Shown in pieces: positions 12,560 through 22,763 of a DNA stretch of 64,000 bases. Under the pieces are notes generated by a model that was not told the DNA's origin, made no database searches, and saw only the letters and a list, made by a program, of their open reading frames with translations. Each line of letters starts with the position of its first letter. The stretch's first letter is position 1. Location of the stretch: the NCBI GenBank assembly GCA_965140445.1, contig OZ223236.1:3520001-3584000 (forward strand), read 5' to 3'. Source of the stretch: Candidatus Ozemobacteraceae bacterium (GTDB lineage: Bacteria; Muiribacteriota; Ozemobacteria; Ozemobacterales; Ozemobacteraceae). The translations under genes were made by a program, and so were the position numbers.

Positions 12560-12778
12560 TTATTTAAAGCGGTAAACAATTCGCCCACGGGTCAAATCAT
12601 AGGGAGTTAATTCTACAGTGACCTTATCTCCTGGTAAGATTCGAATATAATGCATTCTCATTTTCCCAGAAATGTGAGCGAGAACTACATGACCATTTTC
12701 CAATTCCACTTTAAACATGGCATTTGGTAATGGCTCAATGACCTTCCCATTTACTTGAATGGTATCGCTTTTGCTCAT
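12560..12778 (-). CDS. infA: translation initiation factor IF-1
   Basis: [11 protein letters not shown]...[14 protein letters not shown]...RGRIVYRFK. Confidence 0.98.
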   Translation of the reverse strand: MSKSDTIQVNGKVIEPLPNAMFKVELENGHVVLAHISGKMRMHYIRILPGDKVTVELTPYDLTRGRIVYRFK

Positions 12779-12800
12779 CTTAAGATTTTTAACCCTTTCT

Positions 12801-13565
12801 TTAACCCGCCTGGCAGGTTGAGGTAAGAATTTTGGGGCCATCATCAGTAATTGCAACGGTATGCTCAAAATGTGCTGAAAGAGATCCGTCGTTTGTTACT
12901 GAAGTCCATCCATCTTCGAGAACGAAAACTTCTGGCTTCCCCAGGCATGCAATCGGTTCAATTGCTATCACCATCCCAGATTTCAAAATTGGTCCACTTT
13001 TGTCTGAACCAAAATTAGGGACTGGTGGTTTTTCGTGCAATTCCTTGCCGATTCCATGACCTACGTATCTTTGAATAACCGACAAGCTACTGCTTTCAAT
13101 GCACTTCTGAATACTTTGTGATATTTTTCCCAAAGTATTTCCAGCATGAGCATTTGTAATTCCTGCTTCTAAAGCTCTTTTAGTTGTATCAACCAAATGC
13201 TTTATTTCTGGAGAAAAAATCTCTCCTATGTAAATCGTTTCAGCCATGTCTGCGAAAAAGCCATTTCGCTTTATTCCAATGTCCAGTTTCAAGATATCTC
13301 CATTTTTGAGAATCTTTTGCTGGTTTGGAATTCCGTGAACAACTTCGCTATTTAAGCTTGTACATATTACAGAAGGAAAACCTTTGTAACCAAGAAAAGC
13401 TGGTATTACGCCGAAACTTTTCATTTCAGCATCAGCAATACTTGCCAATTCTTCAGTTGAGACACCGGGTTTGGCCTGGTGCTTAACTTTATTTAGAATA
13501 GCCGATAGAATTCGACCGTTCTCCTGCATCAAAATGATTTCCTGATCAGTTTTTATGGAAATCAA
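12801..13565 (-). CDS. map: methionine aminopeptidase type I
   Basis: [28 protein letters not shown]. Confidence 0.97.
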   Translation of the reverse strand: MISIKTDQEIILMQENGRILSAILNKVKHQAKPGVSTEELASIADAEMKSFGVIPAFLGYKGFPSVICTSLNSEVVHGIPNQQKILKNGDILKLDIGIKRNGFFADMAETIYIGEIFSPEIKHLVDTTKRALEAGITNAHAGNTLGKISQSIQKCIESSSLSVIQRYVGHGIGKELHEKPPVPNFGSDKSGPILKSGMVIAIEPIACLGKPEVFVLEDGWTSVTNDGSLSAHFEHTVAITDDGPKILTSTCQAG

Positions 13566-14233
13566 GGCGAATTTAGTTTATCGATTATATCACAAATTTT
13601 CGAAAAAATCATGTTTATTTTTTGATTTCCATCAACCATATGCAATAAATTTCTTTTTTTATAAAAATCAATCAATGGCGAGGTTTGGTCATGATAAACA
13701 TTTAAACGATTGGTTATAACATCAATCGAATCATCTTTTCTTTGGTACAATTCACCCTGACATTTATCACAAATACCTTCTTTTTTAGGTTTAAGGAATT
13801 CAAGATGATAACTTGCACTACAATCTTTACATATTCGCCTGGCAGTCAATCTGCCAACCAAAACTTCATCCGGAACCATAATAGCAACAACACCGCTGAG
13901 TGGCGAGTCATTTTCCTCAAGAGCTTTTGCTAATGCTTCGGCTTGTCCAACAGTTCTTGGAAAACCATCAAGCAAAAACCCAGATTTACAATCTTCTTTT
14001 TGAATTCTTTCTAGAAGAATTTCCAGAACTAATTCGTCAGGCACAAGTGCTCCAGAAGACACGTAACTTTTCAGTTTTTCCCCAATATGAGAACCTGATG
14101 AGATAGCTGCTCTCATCAGGTCGCCTGTAGATATCTGGGGAATCCCATATTTTTCTACAATTTCCTTGGCCTGGGTGCCTTTACCGGCACCCGGAGGTCC
14201 AAGAAAAATTAGATTCAGATTTTTAGCCGTCAT
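13562..14233 (-). CDS. adk: adenylate kinase (zinc LID)
   Basis: GPPGAGKGTQA, LDGFPRT, CxxC...CxxC LID. Confidence 0.98.
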   Translation of the reverse strand: MTAKNLNLIFLGPPGAGKGTQAKEIVEKYGIPQISTGDLMRAAISSGSHIGEKLKSYVSSGALVPDELVLEILLERIQKEDCKSGFLLDGFPRTVGQAEALAKALEENDSPLSGVVAIMVPDEVLVGRLTARRICKDCSASYHLEFLKPKKEGICDKCQGELYQRKDDSIDVITNRLNVYHDQTSPLIDFYKKRNLLHMVDGNQKINMIFSKICDIIDKLNSP

Positions 14234-15537
14234 CTAAGCCCTTTCTTTTTCATGAAGCCTTCATAATGTCTAGTTACAAGGTGGGACTCAAGCTGTCTCA
14301 TTGTGTCAAGTGCAACACCAACAACGATAAGAAGCGCCGTTCCACCAAAGTAGAAGTTAACATTCATGAACTTAATTAAGAAGTTTGGAACTACCGCTAC
14401 AAGTGATAAGAATATACCACCTGCTAATGTTACTCTAGACACAGTCTTTTCAAGAAATTCAACGGTTTTGGTTCCGGCTCTGATACCAGGAATGAAACCA
14501 CCGTATTTCTTCATATTATCTGCAAGATCCTGCACATTGAATGTGATGGCCGTGTAGAAATATGTAAAGAACACAATCAAAAGAACATATATAACGATAT
14601 AGGAATAACTATTGTAATTGAATATATTCAAAAACCAATAGATTATTGGGTTTTTCACCAATTCTTGCATTCCTTCTAAACTTTGAATCCAATTAAAGAT
14701 CATTGAAGGGAACATTAATATGGAGCTTGCGAAGATAACAGGAATAACACCAGCCTGATTTACTCTCAGAGGGATGTAAGTATTCTGTCCACCATATACT
14801 CTTCTGCCAACAACTCTTTTCGCATATTGAACTGGAATCTTTCTAACACCATCTTGCACATATACGATAGCCATAATGGTTATGATACAGAAGATAGCAA
14901 GGAAAAGAGTCTTTACAACATCATGAGCATCGCCAGTGAAGAGTGCAATCTGTTGAACGATTGCTTCTGGGAAACCAGCAAGAATACCAGCGGTAATTAG
15001 TATAGAAATACCATTTCCGATTCCTCTGCTAGTCATCTGCTCACCCAGCCACATAATGAATGCTGTTCCTGCAGTAAGTGTTGTTACAGCCATAATCTTG
15101 AAACCAAGACCTGGGTGTGGAACAACCTGATATCTTTCAAGCATGAAGCTGATACCAAATGCTTGCAACGCGCCTATAAGAACTGTGCCATACCGTGTAT
15201 ACTGACTAATCAGTTTACGGCCCTCTTCTCCCTCTTCTTTTGCGAGATGCTCAAGATAAGGAATAACATATACCAAAAGCTGCATAATGATTGAAGCATT
15301 GATATATGGCGCAATACCAAGCGCGAATACAGAGAATCTTCTGAGAGCTCCTCCTGAAAACATATTCAGGAAACTGAATATTTCAGAAGTTGGAAGGTTC
15401 TGTGTTAGAAGCTTAGCGTCGACTCCAGGTGTTGGAATGTGTGTACCAATTCTAAACACCAAAATCATGCCAAGGGTGAAAAGGATTCGATTCCTGAGTT
15501 CAGGAATCTTCATGGAGTTCGATAGGCTCTGCAGCAA
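14230..15537 (-). CDS. secY: preprotein translocase SecY
   Basis: FALGIAPYINASIIMQLL, GIGNGIS, GGFIPGIRAG. TTG start. Confidence 0.99.
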   Translation of the reverse strand: MLQSLSNSMKIPELRNRILFTLGMILVFRIGTHIPTPGVDAKLLTQNLPTSEIFSFLNMFSGGALRRFSVFALGIAPYINASIIMQLLVYVIPYLEHLAKEEGEEGRKLISQYTRYGTVLIGALQAFGISFMLERYQVVPHPGLGFKIMAVTTLTAGTAFIMWLGEQMTSRGIGNGISILITAGILAGFPEAIVQQIALFTGDAHDVVKTLFLAIFCIITIMAIVYVQDGVRKIPVQYAKRVVGRRVYGGQNTYIPLRVNQAGVIPVIFASSILMFPSMIFNWIQSLEGMQELVKNPIIYWFLNIFNYNSYSYIVIYVLLIVFFTYFYTAITFNVQDLADNMKKYGGFIPGIRAGTKTVEFLEKTVSRVTLAGGIFLSLVAVVPNFLIKFMNVNFYFGGTALLIVVGVALDTMRQLESHLVTRHYEGFMKKKGLR

Positions 15538-15987
15538 TTAGATCACCTCCGCTTTTCCGCCGGCTTTTTCGATTTTATCCTTTGCAGAATTAGAAAATCG
15601 ATTAGCTTGAACGGTCAAAGGCTTGCTTATTTCACCACGAGCCAAAACTTTTACTGGCTTATGTAAATTCTTAACAAGACCCTTCTCAACCATCAGTTCG
15701 AGAGTAACATCTGTATTTGCATCAAAAGTGCTTTCCAAAGATGAAAGATTTACAACAGAATATTCAACCCTGTTAGGGCTGGTAAAACCGCGTTTTGGGA
15801 GAATACGAACGAGACGCATCTGTCCGCCTTCAAAACCTGCGTAAGGTTTAGTTTTCCCTGAACGGCCTTTCTGTCCATCATGACCTTTGGTAGCCTGGTT
15901 TCCCATGCCGGAACCTTTACCACGGCCAACTCTTCTTTTTTCTTTGGTTGAACCTTTGGCTTTTTTAAGATTTCCGAGATTCATCAT
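15538..15987 (-). CDS. rplO: 50S ribosomal protein L15
   Basis: RVGRGKGSG, FEGGQM, KIEKAGG. Confidence 0.98.
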   Translation of the reverse strand: MMNLGNLKKAKGSTKEKRRVGRGKGSGMGNQATKGHDGQKGRSGKTKPYAGFEGGQMRLVRILPKRGFTSPNRVEYSVVNLSSLESTFDANTDVTLELMVEKGLVKNLHKPVKVLARGEISKPLTVQANRFSNSAKDKIEKAGGKAEVI

Positions 15988-15999
15988 AGCTAGGTCTCC

Positions 16000-16179
16000 T
16001 TACTTAACTTCCAACCAGCGCTGGACTTTGTCTACCATCCCAAGAATCTGGGGGGTTGCTTCGTGAGTTACTTCACTCTGCATTTTTCTAAGTCCGAGAG
16101 CCTCTAGGGTTCTTCTCTGGCGCACAGTTGCACCAATGGAGCTTTTAATAAGTTTCAAGGTAATTTTCTTTTCTGACAT
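16000..16179 (-). CDS. rpmD: 50S ribosomal protein L30 (not in ORF track)
   Basis: Hand translation MSEKKITLKLIKSSIGATVRQRRTLEALGLRKMQSEVTHEATPQILGMVDKVQRWLEVK with SD AGGAGG. Lies between rpsE and rplO. Confidence 0.96.
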   Translation of the reverse strand: MSEKKITLKLIKSSIGATVRQRRTLEALGLRKMQSEVTHEATPQILGMVDKVQRWLEVK

Positions 16180-16188
16180 GGTGTCCTC

Positions 16189-16731
16189 CTAGCCCTTCAG
16201 TACTTGTGCTGGAGTAATGCCACGCACCTTGGCAACCTGATCAACACCGCGCATTTCGCGAAGAGCGTTCATAGTTGCTTTAGCCATGTTCACTGGATTC
16301 TTTGAGCCAAGTCTTTTAGCGAGAACATCTTTAACGCCAAGAGCTTCAAAAATCGCACGAACAGCACCACCGGCAATAACACCTGTCCCTGGAGCGGCTG
16401 GTTTAATCATTACCTGGGAAGAACCGAATCTGCCAATGTAAGGATGAGTAACAGTGTCACGATTCAATGGAACTTGAACCATAACTTTTTTGGCTTTATC
16501 AAGGCCTTTTCTTACTGCATCTGGAACTGCTTTTGCTTTACCAATAGCGATTCCTACTTTACCTTTTTGATCGCCAACACACACAAGTACGGAGAAGCCA
16601 AAGTGTCTACCACCTTTAACTGTCTTACTTACGCGGTTAACAGAAATAATTTTTTCAGTGAATTCATTTTCCACGATCTGGTCACGTCGGCGACCATCAC
16701 GACGAAAACGAGGATTTCCTTGTTCAGTCAT
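16189..16731 (-). CDS. rpsE: 30S ribosomal protein S5
   Basis: NRVSKTVKGGR, PAAPGTGVIAGG. Confidence 0.98.
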   Translation of the reverse strand: MTEQGNPRFRRDGRRRDQIVENEFTEKIISVNRVSKTVKGGRHFGFSVLVCVGDQKGKVGIAIGKAKAVPDAVRKGLDKAKKVMVQVPLNRDTVTHPYIGRFGSSQVMIKPAAPGTGVIAGGAVRAIFEALGVKDVLAKRLGSKNPVNMAKATMNALREMRGVDQVAKVRGITPAQVLKG

Positions 16732-16742
16732 CTGGTTTCCTC

Positions 16743-17102
16743 CTAGAATTTAAGGCCAGCGGCTCTAGCACCTTCGGCTAGTTCCTTGACGCGACCATGA
16801 TACTTATATCCGCCTTTGTCAAAAACAACTGCTGATATGCCTTTGGCCATTGCTCTTTCAGCAACTTTCTGACCAACTACTTTTGCGCCACCAATGTTTC
16901 CGCCATTAGTTGAACCACGAAGTTCTTTATCAAGAGAACTTGCCATTACTAATGTTTCGCCTGATTCATCATCTATGATCTGAGCATAGATGTGCTTAAG
17001 GCTGCGGAAAACAGCAAGACGCGGCTTCTGGGCATTACCGGACAAATAAAATCTGCTTCGGGCATGACGCCTTTGTCGCATTTCATGTTTGCTGAGTTTC
17101 AT
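16743..17102 (-). CDS. rplR: 50S ribosomal protein L18
   Basis: [24 protein letters not shown]. Confidence 0.98.
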   Translation of the reverse strand: MKLSKHEMRQRRHARSRFYLSGNAQKPRLAVFRSLKHIYAQIIDDESGETLVMASSLDKELRGSTNGGNIGGAKVVGQKVAERAMAKGISAVVFDKGGYKYHGRVKELAEGARAAGLKF

Positions 17103-17125
17103 ATATACCTTCCTTTAATCAAGCC

Positions 17126-17671
17126 TTAAGCTGCAAGCTTCTTGCCGACTTTAATTCGGACGTTTTCGCCGAGGTAGCGAATACCAGCACCGTCTTTGTA
17201 ATTTTTAGGCGGTCTTACTTTCCGAATTTCAGCGGCAGTCTGTCCAACAACTTCCTTATCAATACCACTTACAAATACTTTATTACCTTCAACGGTCAAA
17301 GTTATTTCTGTAGGTGCTTCAAAAATTACTGGATGTGAATAACCAACGTTAAGCTGGATTTTATTAGGGGCCTGGGATTGGGCTTTATAACCAACACCAA
17401 TAATTTCAAGACCCTTCTTATAACCTTCATTCACACCAATAACCATATTGTTAATAAGGCTGCGAACTAGACCAAATTTTGATCTAATTGGCTTGGAGCT
17501 ATTTTCAGGAATGCTGCAAACAATTTTATCTTCTTCGCGATTGATCGAAACACCTTCTGGAAGTTCTTTTCTCATTTGGCCTTTTGGACCTTTTACAGAA
17601 ACAACCATGCCATTGATGTTAACTTCAACGCCTTTAGGAATAATTACTGGTTTTTTACCTATACGTGACAT
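17126..17671 (-). CDS. rplF: 50S ribosomal protein L6
   Basis: MSRIGKKP, VKGPKG, GVGYKA. Start at MSRIG. Confidence 0.98.
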   Translation of the reverse strand: MSRIGKKPVIIPKGVEVNINGMVVSVKGPKGQMRKELPEGVSINREEDKIVCSIPENSSKPIRSKFGLVRSLINNMVIGVNEGYKKGLEIIGVGYKAQSQAPNKIQLNVGYSHPVIFEAPTEITLTVEGNKVFVSGIDKEVVGQTAAEIRKVRPPKNYKDGAGIRYLGENVRIKVGKKLAA

Positions 17672-17687
17672 ATCTCTTCCTCCTGAA

Positions 17688-18086
17688 TTACCAGACCTGG
17701 CAGATGATTTCTCCGCCAACTCCAGCTTCACGGGCTTCTTTATCTGTCATGATGCCCTTAGAAGTTGAGAGAATAGCTATACCAAGACCACCAAGAACTT
17801 TAGGAATTTCAGTTTTACCAGAATAAATTCTTCTACCTGGTTTTGAAACTCTCTGAATACCTTTAATGATAATTGATTGCTTTTCCCCGTACTTCAGGAA
17901 AACCTTCAAATTAAACTTATTCTGGAACTTATAATATCGAAAATCCCGGATGTACCCTTCTTTTTTCAAGATCTTTGCAATTTCGATCTTCATTTTAGAA
18001 GATGGCATTTCAACACTTTCGTGTTTAACCATGTTGGCATTCCGGATTCGAGTCAGCATATCGCCAATAGGATCAGTCATACTCAT
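17688..18086 (-). CDS. rpsH: 30S ribosomal protein S8
   Basis: [21 protein letters not shown]. Confidence 0.99.
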   Translation of the reverse strand: MSMTDPIGDMLTRIRNANMVKHESVEMPSSKMKIEIAKILKKEGYIRDFRYYKFQNKFNLKVFLKYGEKQSIIIKGIQRVSKPGRRIYSGKTEIPKVLGGLGIAILSTSKGIMTDKEAREAGVGGEIICQVW

Positions 18087-18101
18087 AACTCTTTGTCTCC
18101 T

Positions 18102-18287
18102 TTACCAACTTGATTTTGTAACGCCGGGGATTCTTCCGATTGAAGCTAAATCCCTGAAGCAGATACGACACATTTCGAAATCTCTCATGTAACCGCGTGG
18201 CCGACCGCAAATATTGCAACGGTTGTAGCGGCGTGTTGAAAACTTCGCAGGTTTCATCCACTTTTCTACTAATGCTTTCTTAGCCAT
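18102..18287 (-). CDS. rpsZ: 30S ribosomal protein S14, zinc-binding type
   Basis: 61 aa; RCNICGRPR...CRICFR...PGVTKSSW. Confidence 0.97.
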   Translation of the reverse strand: MAKKALVEKWMKPAKFSTRRYNRCNICGRPRGYMRDFEMCRICFRDLASIGRIPGVTKSSW

Positions 18288-18299
18288 AACAACTCCTTC

Positions 18300-18893
18300 T
18301 TATGCTTTTTTGGCGGTCTTGCGGAACGGCATACCCAACTCTTGTAGAAGCTCACGAGCTTCACCATCGTTTTGAGCGGTGGTTACAATAGTAATGTTCA
18401 TGCCCTGAACTTTGCTAACTTCATCATAATTGATTTCAGGAAAAACCAACTGTTCCTGCAGGCCCATGCTGTAATTTCCGCGGCCATCGAAAGCTTTTGG
18501 TGAAAGACCACGGAAGTCTCTGATTCTAGGCACTACGATGTTAAACAGTTTATCAAGAAAGAAATAACATCTGTCGCCCCTGAGAGTTACACGGCAGCCA
18601 ATTGGCATGCCCTGGCGCAATTTAAAGTTTGAAATAGACTTTTTAGCGCGTGTAGTTACTGGTTTTTGACCAGCGATGATGGCCAGTTCCCTCGTTGCGG
18701 CGTCTAGAAGTTTAGCATTCTGAGTTGCTTCGCCAACACCCATGTTGAGAATTACCTTAGTAATCTTAGGTACTCTCATTGCATTTCCATATTTGGAAAC
18801 CAATTTAGGAGCGATTTCTTTCAGATACTTTTCCTTCAGCCTTGGGAAGGACTTTGTTCCTTTGGATTCGGAACCTTTTTCTGTCTTTGCCAT
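18300..18893 (-). CDS. rplE: 50S ribosomal protein L5
   Basis: [19 protein letters not shown]. Short N-terminal extension. Confidence 0.99.
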   Translation of the reverse strand: MAKTEKGSESKGTKSFPRLKEKYLKEIAPKLVSKYGNAMRVPKITKVILNMGVGEATQNAKLLDAATRELAIIAGQKPVTTRAKKSISNFKLRQGMPIGCRVTLRGDRCYFFLDKLFNIVVPRIRDFRGLSPKAFDGRGNYSMGLQEQLVFPEINYDEVSKVQGMNITIVTTAQNDGEARELLQELGMPFRKTAKKA

Positions 18894-18940
18894 GCCGAAA
18901 TCTCCTTATATACTTATTCCTGAAATCTTTTCAGGTTAAA

Positions 18941-19294
18941 TTACTTACGACCAAGAGGTTCGTTAGTTTTAGCACAAACACGGTTCTTTTCATCACCCTG
19001 CTTAACAAACTTCGCAGAAGTTAGTTTTGCACCATCTGGTGTAAGCAGACCGAGATTACTAAGAGCGATTGGTCCTTCTTTTTCAATGATTCCACCCTTA
19101 CCGATGCTTCTGTTCGGCTTGGTGTGTTTCTTGATAAAGTTGATACCTTCTACGAAAGCAGTTCCTTTTTCAGCATTAACTGAAAGAACTCTGCCTTTTT
19201 TACCACGATCATCGCCTCTAAGAACGACAACCTGGTCATCTTTTTTCACGTGAGGCTTAGCAACTGCACGTTTCATTTTAACTTTCTTATGCAT
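18941..19294 (-). CDS. rplX: 50S ribosomal protein L24
   Basis: KOW motif [23 protein letters not shown]. Confidence 0.97.
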   Translation of the reverse strand: MHKKVKMKRAVAKPHVKKDDQVVVLRGDDRGKKGRVLSVNAEKGTAFVEGINFIKKHTKPNRSIGKGGIIEKEGPIALSNLGLLTPDGAKLTSAKFVKQGDEKNRVCAKTNEPLGRK

Positions 19295-19306
19295 TATATT
19301 GCTCCC

Positions 19307-19675
19307 TTACAGTACTTCTGGCGCCAGTGAAACAATCTTCATGAATTGCTTTTCACGTAATTCTCTTGCCACAGGGCCAAAGATGCGTGTTCCACGAGGG
19401 TTGTTGTCATTGCCAATGATAACAGCAGCGTTGTCATCAAATTTGATGTAGCTGCCATCAGCTCTGCGGCGTTCTTTCTTAGTTCTAACAACAACAGCTT
19501 TAACAACTTCTTTCTTTTTTACAGTTCCATCAGGAATTGCATCTTTAACAGAGGCAACGATGATATCGCCAACTCCGCCGAAAGTTCTTTTACTGCCGCC
19601 AAGAACGCGGATACAGAGTAGTTTTTTAGCACCGGAGTTATCGGCAACTTTTAATACACTTTCTTGAGCTATCAT
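19307..19675 (-). CDS. rplN: 50S ribosomal protein L14
   Basis: [20 protein letters not shown]. Confidence 0.99.
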   Translation of the reverse strand: MIAQESVLKVADNSGAKKLLCIRVLGGSKRTFGGVGDIIVASVKDAIPDGTVKKKEVVKAVVVRTKKERRRADGSYIKFDDNAAVIIGNDNNPRGTRIFGPVARELREKQFMKIVSLAPEVL

Positions 19676-19686
19676 TACCGTTCTCC

Positions 19687-19956
19687 CTATTCAATAATTT
19701 TAGCGGATTTTACGACTTCACATACAATCCACTTTTTATTCTTGCTAATTGGGCGACATTCTTCAACACGTACAACATCACCGGCTTTACAGATTTCCTT
19801 AGGATCGTGAGCGAGGAATCTGGTATGGCGCTTGATATACTTTTTATATCTAGGATGCTGAATGATTCCTTCGATTTCAACCTTAATGGTTTTTTCTGCG
19901 TTGTTAGCTATTACTTTACCGACACGACTGCGACGGGTAATCTTATTATTTTCCAT
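19687..19956 (-). CDS. rpsQ: 30S ribosomal protein S17
   Basis: [18 protein letters not shown]. Confidence 0.98.
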   Translation of the reverse strand: MENNKITRRSRVGKVIANNAEKTIKVEIEGIIQHPRYKKYIKRHTRFLAHDPKEICKAGDVVRVEECRPISKNKKWIVCEVVKSAKIIE

Positions 19957-19969
19957 GGTTTCCTCCTAA

Positions 19970-20602
19970 TTAAAAGGGAAGCCGGCCTGCGGTCAGTTCG
20001 CGCTGCAAAACTCTGATGCTTTCGAGTTCCTGCAGTTTGGCACGTTTGGTTTCCTTGATAGAAGCAATTTGAGAAGCTTCATTTAATCCCATTTCAGACA
20101 ATTTGTCAAGAAACTTCTTGCGAATTGTACACTTAGGATCTTTCAATCTTTTGGAAACCGCACGCAGCTGAGCTTCGTCTTTTCCTTTTGTAGTGCGAAG
20201 CTTCTTAGAAACTTCACCGCGAATTGACTTCATAAGTTCGGCCACTTTTTTATCGCAGTCAGTTTTAATTTCCTGATGAACCTGCCTGGCTTTCTTTGAA
20301 AGTCTTGCTTTAAGTTTGGAAATTTTGATTTTAAGTGGTGTTACTTTAGAATCAATTCCTTCTTCTTTAAGCAATGCTTCATATTCAGCCTTAAGGAGCT
20401 GATGAATTTTAACCTTTTCCATTTTGGTTAAATAGGTTTTAACTCTTGCAATATTGCGTCTTACAATACTGATCCTTGAAGGATTAGCGAGCTGCCCAGT
20501 AACCGCCTGGAATCTTAGGTTAAACAGTTCTTCTTTAAAGTGTTTATATTTTTCTTCGAGTTCCTGCTCGTTAAGCTCAGAAAAATCTTCACGATTCTTC
20601 AT
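19970..20602 (-). CDS. rpmC: 50S ribosomal protein L29 with ~145-aa C-terminal extension
   Basis: N-terminal ~63 aa ELFNLRFQ...GQLANP...RRNIARVKT. Lies between rplP and rpsQ. Confidence 0.95.
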   Translation of the reverse strand: MKNREDFSELNEQELEEKYKHFKEELFNLRFQAVTGQLANPSRISIVRRNIARVKTYLTKMEKVKIHQLLKAEYEALLKEEGIDSKVTPLKIKISKLKARLSKKARQVHQEIKTDCDKKVAELMKSIRGEVSKKLRTTKGKDEAQLRAVSKRLKDPKCTIRKKFLDKLSEMGLNEASQIASIKETKRAKLQELESIRVLQRELTAGRLPF

Positions 20603-20617
20603 GTTTCACCTTCCTAA

Positions 20618-21028
20618 TTACATTTTGCTGGTAATAACCTGACAGCGCATTGGTAACTTATTTGCTGCCTGTGACAAAGATTCGATTGCAATTTCTTCTG
20701 GAACCCCTTCAAGTTCGAAAAGGATTCTTCCAGGTTTTACAACTGCTACCCAGAATTCTGGAGCGCCTTTACCCTTACCCATACGCACTTCCAAAGGTTT
20801 CTTTGAAACTGGTTTGTCTGGGAAAATGCGGATCCACATTTTTCCTGCTCTTTTGACTGTTCTCGTAATAACTTTACGAGCAGCTTCTATCTGAGCACTA
20901 GTAACCCACTGGGGGTCCAATGCCTGCAGTCCGTAGGAACCGAATGACAGGTATTTGCCGCCTTTGGCCATACCTTTCATTCTTCCACGGTGCTGTTTTC
21001 TGAATTTAGTTCTTGCGGGAATTAACAT
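20618..21028 (-). CDS. rplP: 50S ribosomal protein L16
   Basis: [16 protein letters not shown]. Confidence 0.99.
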   Translation of the reverse strand: MLIPARTKFRKQHRGRMKGMAKGGKYLSFGSYGLQALDPQWVTSAQIEAARKVITRTVKRAGKMWIRIFPDKPVSKKPLEVRMGKGKGAPEFWVAVVKPGRILFELEGVPEEIAIESLSQAANKLPMRCQVITSKM

Positions 21029-21043
21029 GGCTTAGGTTCCTCC

Positions 21044-21709
21044 TTATTTGGCATCTCTGGCTACAAGATGTTGTTTACCAATCTTTTCGCCCTTGAAGAT
21101 CCAAACTTTTACACCAACGCAGCCGTAGGTTGTAATAGCAGTTTCAGTAGCATAATCGATGTCGGCTCTGAGAGTGTGCAGTGGAACACGGCCTTCTCTC
21201 ATCCATTCGCTTCTAGCGATTTCAGCACCATTCAAGCGTCCAGCACAAGTGATTTTAATCCCTTTAGCTCCAGCTCTCATAGCTCTACCAATGCTTTGTT
21301 TCATAGCACGGCGATGTGAAACTCGTCTTTCAAGCTGAAGAGCGATGCTTTCAGCGATAAGTTTTGCTTCTACGTCTGGGTGTTTGATTTCCTGAATATT
21401 AAGGAACACTGATTTTCCAGTGATTTTTTCCAGATCTCTTTTGAGAATTTCGACTCTTTCTCCACCACGGCCGATTATTACGCCAGGTTTTGCGGTGAAA
21501 ATGGTAATACGCATTTTTGTATTAGATTTTCTTTCGATCTCAATTTTGGCAATGCCTTCTCTGCGGAACTGTTTGTTGTCAATGTAGTTTCTTACTTTAA
21601 CATCTTCATGCAAGAATTTTGCATAGTCAGCTCTTTTTGCATACCATCTGGAATCCCAAGTACGAGTAATGTTAAGACGTATTCCAATAGGATTAACTTT
21701 CTGACCCAT
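21044..21709 (-). CDS. rpsC: 30S ribosomal protein S3
   Basis: [21 protein letters not shown]. Confidence 0.99.
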   Translation of the reverse strand: MGQKVNPIGIRLNITRTWDSRWYAKRADYAKFLHEDVKVRNYIDNKQFRREGIAKIEIERKSNTKMRITIFTAKPGVIIGRGGERVEILKRDLEKITGKSVFLNIQEIKHPDVEAKLIAESIALQLERRVSHRRAMKQSIGRAMRAGAKGIKITCAGRLNGAEIARSEWMREGRVPLHTLRADIDYATETAITTYGCVGVKVWIFKGEKIGKQHLVARDAK

Positions 21710-22464
21710 TATTCTTTACCTCCCTGGGATTTGGTGGTCTTCTTAGTTGTTTTTTCTCCAGCGCTTTTAGTTGTTTTAGCGGCTGTAGTTTTCTTTGCTG
21801 CTGGTTTCTTTTCAGCAGTAGCTTTTTTGGTTGTCTTTTTAGCAGTAGCTTTTTTAGCAACTGGAGCGTCTTTAGTTTCTTCGCCGGCAAATTTAGCCAT
21901 TGAGAATCTTTCTCTAAGAACGATCAAAGCATGAGAAGTTCTTTTTCTAATGCGACAGGCTCGTCCTCTTGCTCTAGCCATGAATCTCTTCATGGTTGCG
22001 CCACCGTCAATAGTAATCTTAGCAACAAAAAGGTCATCTGCCTTCATGTCATGGTTACTACCAGCGTTAGCAATTGCTGATTTCAAGAGTTTAAGAAGAA
22101 TCGGAGATCCACCTTTTGGTAGGAAGGTAAGGATTCCAAGTGCTTCATCAACACCTTTTCCACGGATTTGATCAGCAACAAGTCTAAGTTTTCTTGGGCT
22201 GATTCTTACGTTTCTTACTACAGCTCTTGGCATTTCAAGCAAGTCGATAAGTCTTGATTTCTGTTTCCAGTTCAAATCTTTTACCATTGGATAAACTTTT
22301 TCAAATTTTCCGTTTGGCTGAAGTTGCTTGCAATATAAACCAGCTTTAGTAAGAAGTGATTCGATTCTAGCTCGACTATTTTTAGTATCCAGGCCTTTGA
22401 TCATTCTTAAGCCATTGAATACGTCAACGTCATCGGGAATTGTTACACCAACTAATCGTAGCAT
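21709..22464 (-). CDS. rplV: 50S ribosomal protein L22 fused to N-terminal S13-like domain and C-terminal Lys/Ala/Thr tail
   Basis: L22 core from aa 78 ([33 protein letters not shown]). SD precedes Met1, not Met78. Confidence 0.95.
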   Translation of the reverse strand: MLRLVGVTIPDDVDVFNGLRMIKGLDTKNSRARIESLLTKAGLYCKQLQPNGKFEKVYPMVKDLNWKQKSRLIDLLEMPRAVVRNVRISPRKLRLVADQIRGKGVDEALGILTFLPKGGSPILLKLLKSAIANAGSNHDMKADDLFVAKITIDGGATMKRFMARARGRACRIRKRTSHALIVLRERFSMAKFAGEETKDAPVAKKATAKKTTKKATAEKKPAAKKTTAAKTTKSAGEKTTKKTTKSQGGKE

Positions 22465-22481
22465 TTCTTAATTCTCCTTCC

Positions 22482-22751
22482 CTATCGCATGGACGATGAT
22501 TTTTCGTTGGCATGACCTCTATAGGTTCTAGTAGGTGCAAATTCACCAAGCTTATGGCCAACCATATTTTCAGTTATGAACACTGGAACATGTTTGCGTC
22601 CGTTATGAACAGCAATAGTATGTCCAACCATTTCTGGATAAACGGTAGAAGATCTTGACCAGGTCTTAACCTGACGTTTTTCACCGTTAGTATTCATATC
22701 TAGGATTCTTTTCATTAGTCTTTCACATATAAATGGGGGCTTCTTTGCCAT
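22482..22751 (-). CDS. rpsS: 30S ribosomal protein S19
   Basis: [20 protein letters not shown]. Confidence 0.99.
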   Translation of the reverse strand: MAKKPPFICERLMKRILDMNTNGEKRQVKTWSRSSTVYPEMVGHTIAVHNGRKHVPVFITENMVGHKLGEFAPTRTYRGHANEKSSSMR

Positions 22752-22763
22752 TATCCTTCTCCC

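Noticed and set aside
22231..22233. L22 starting at Met78 with a separate upstream gene
   Set aside because: No stop between Met1 and Met78, and the SD is only at Met1.
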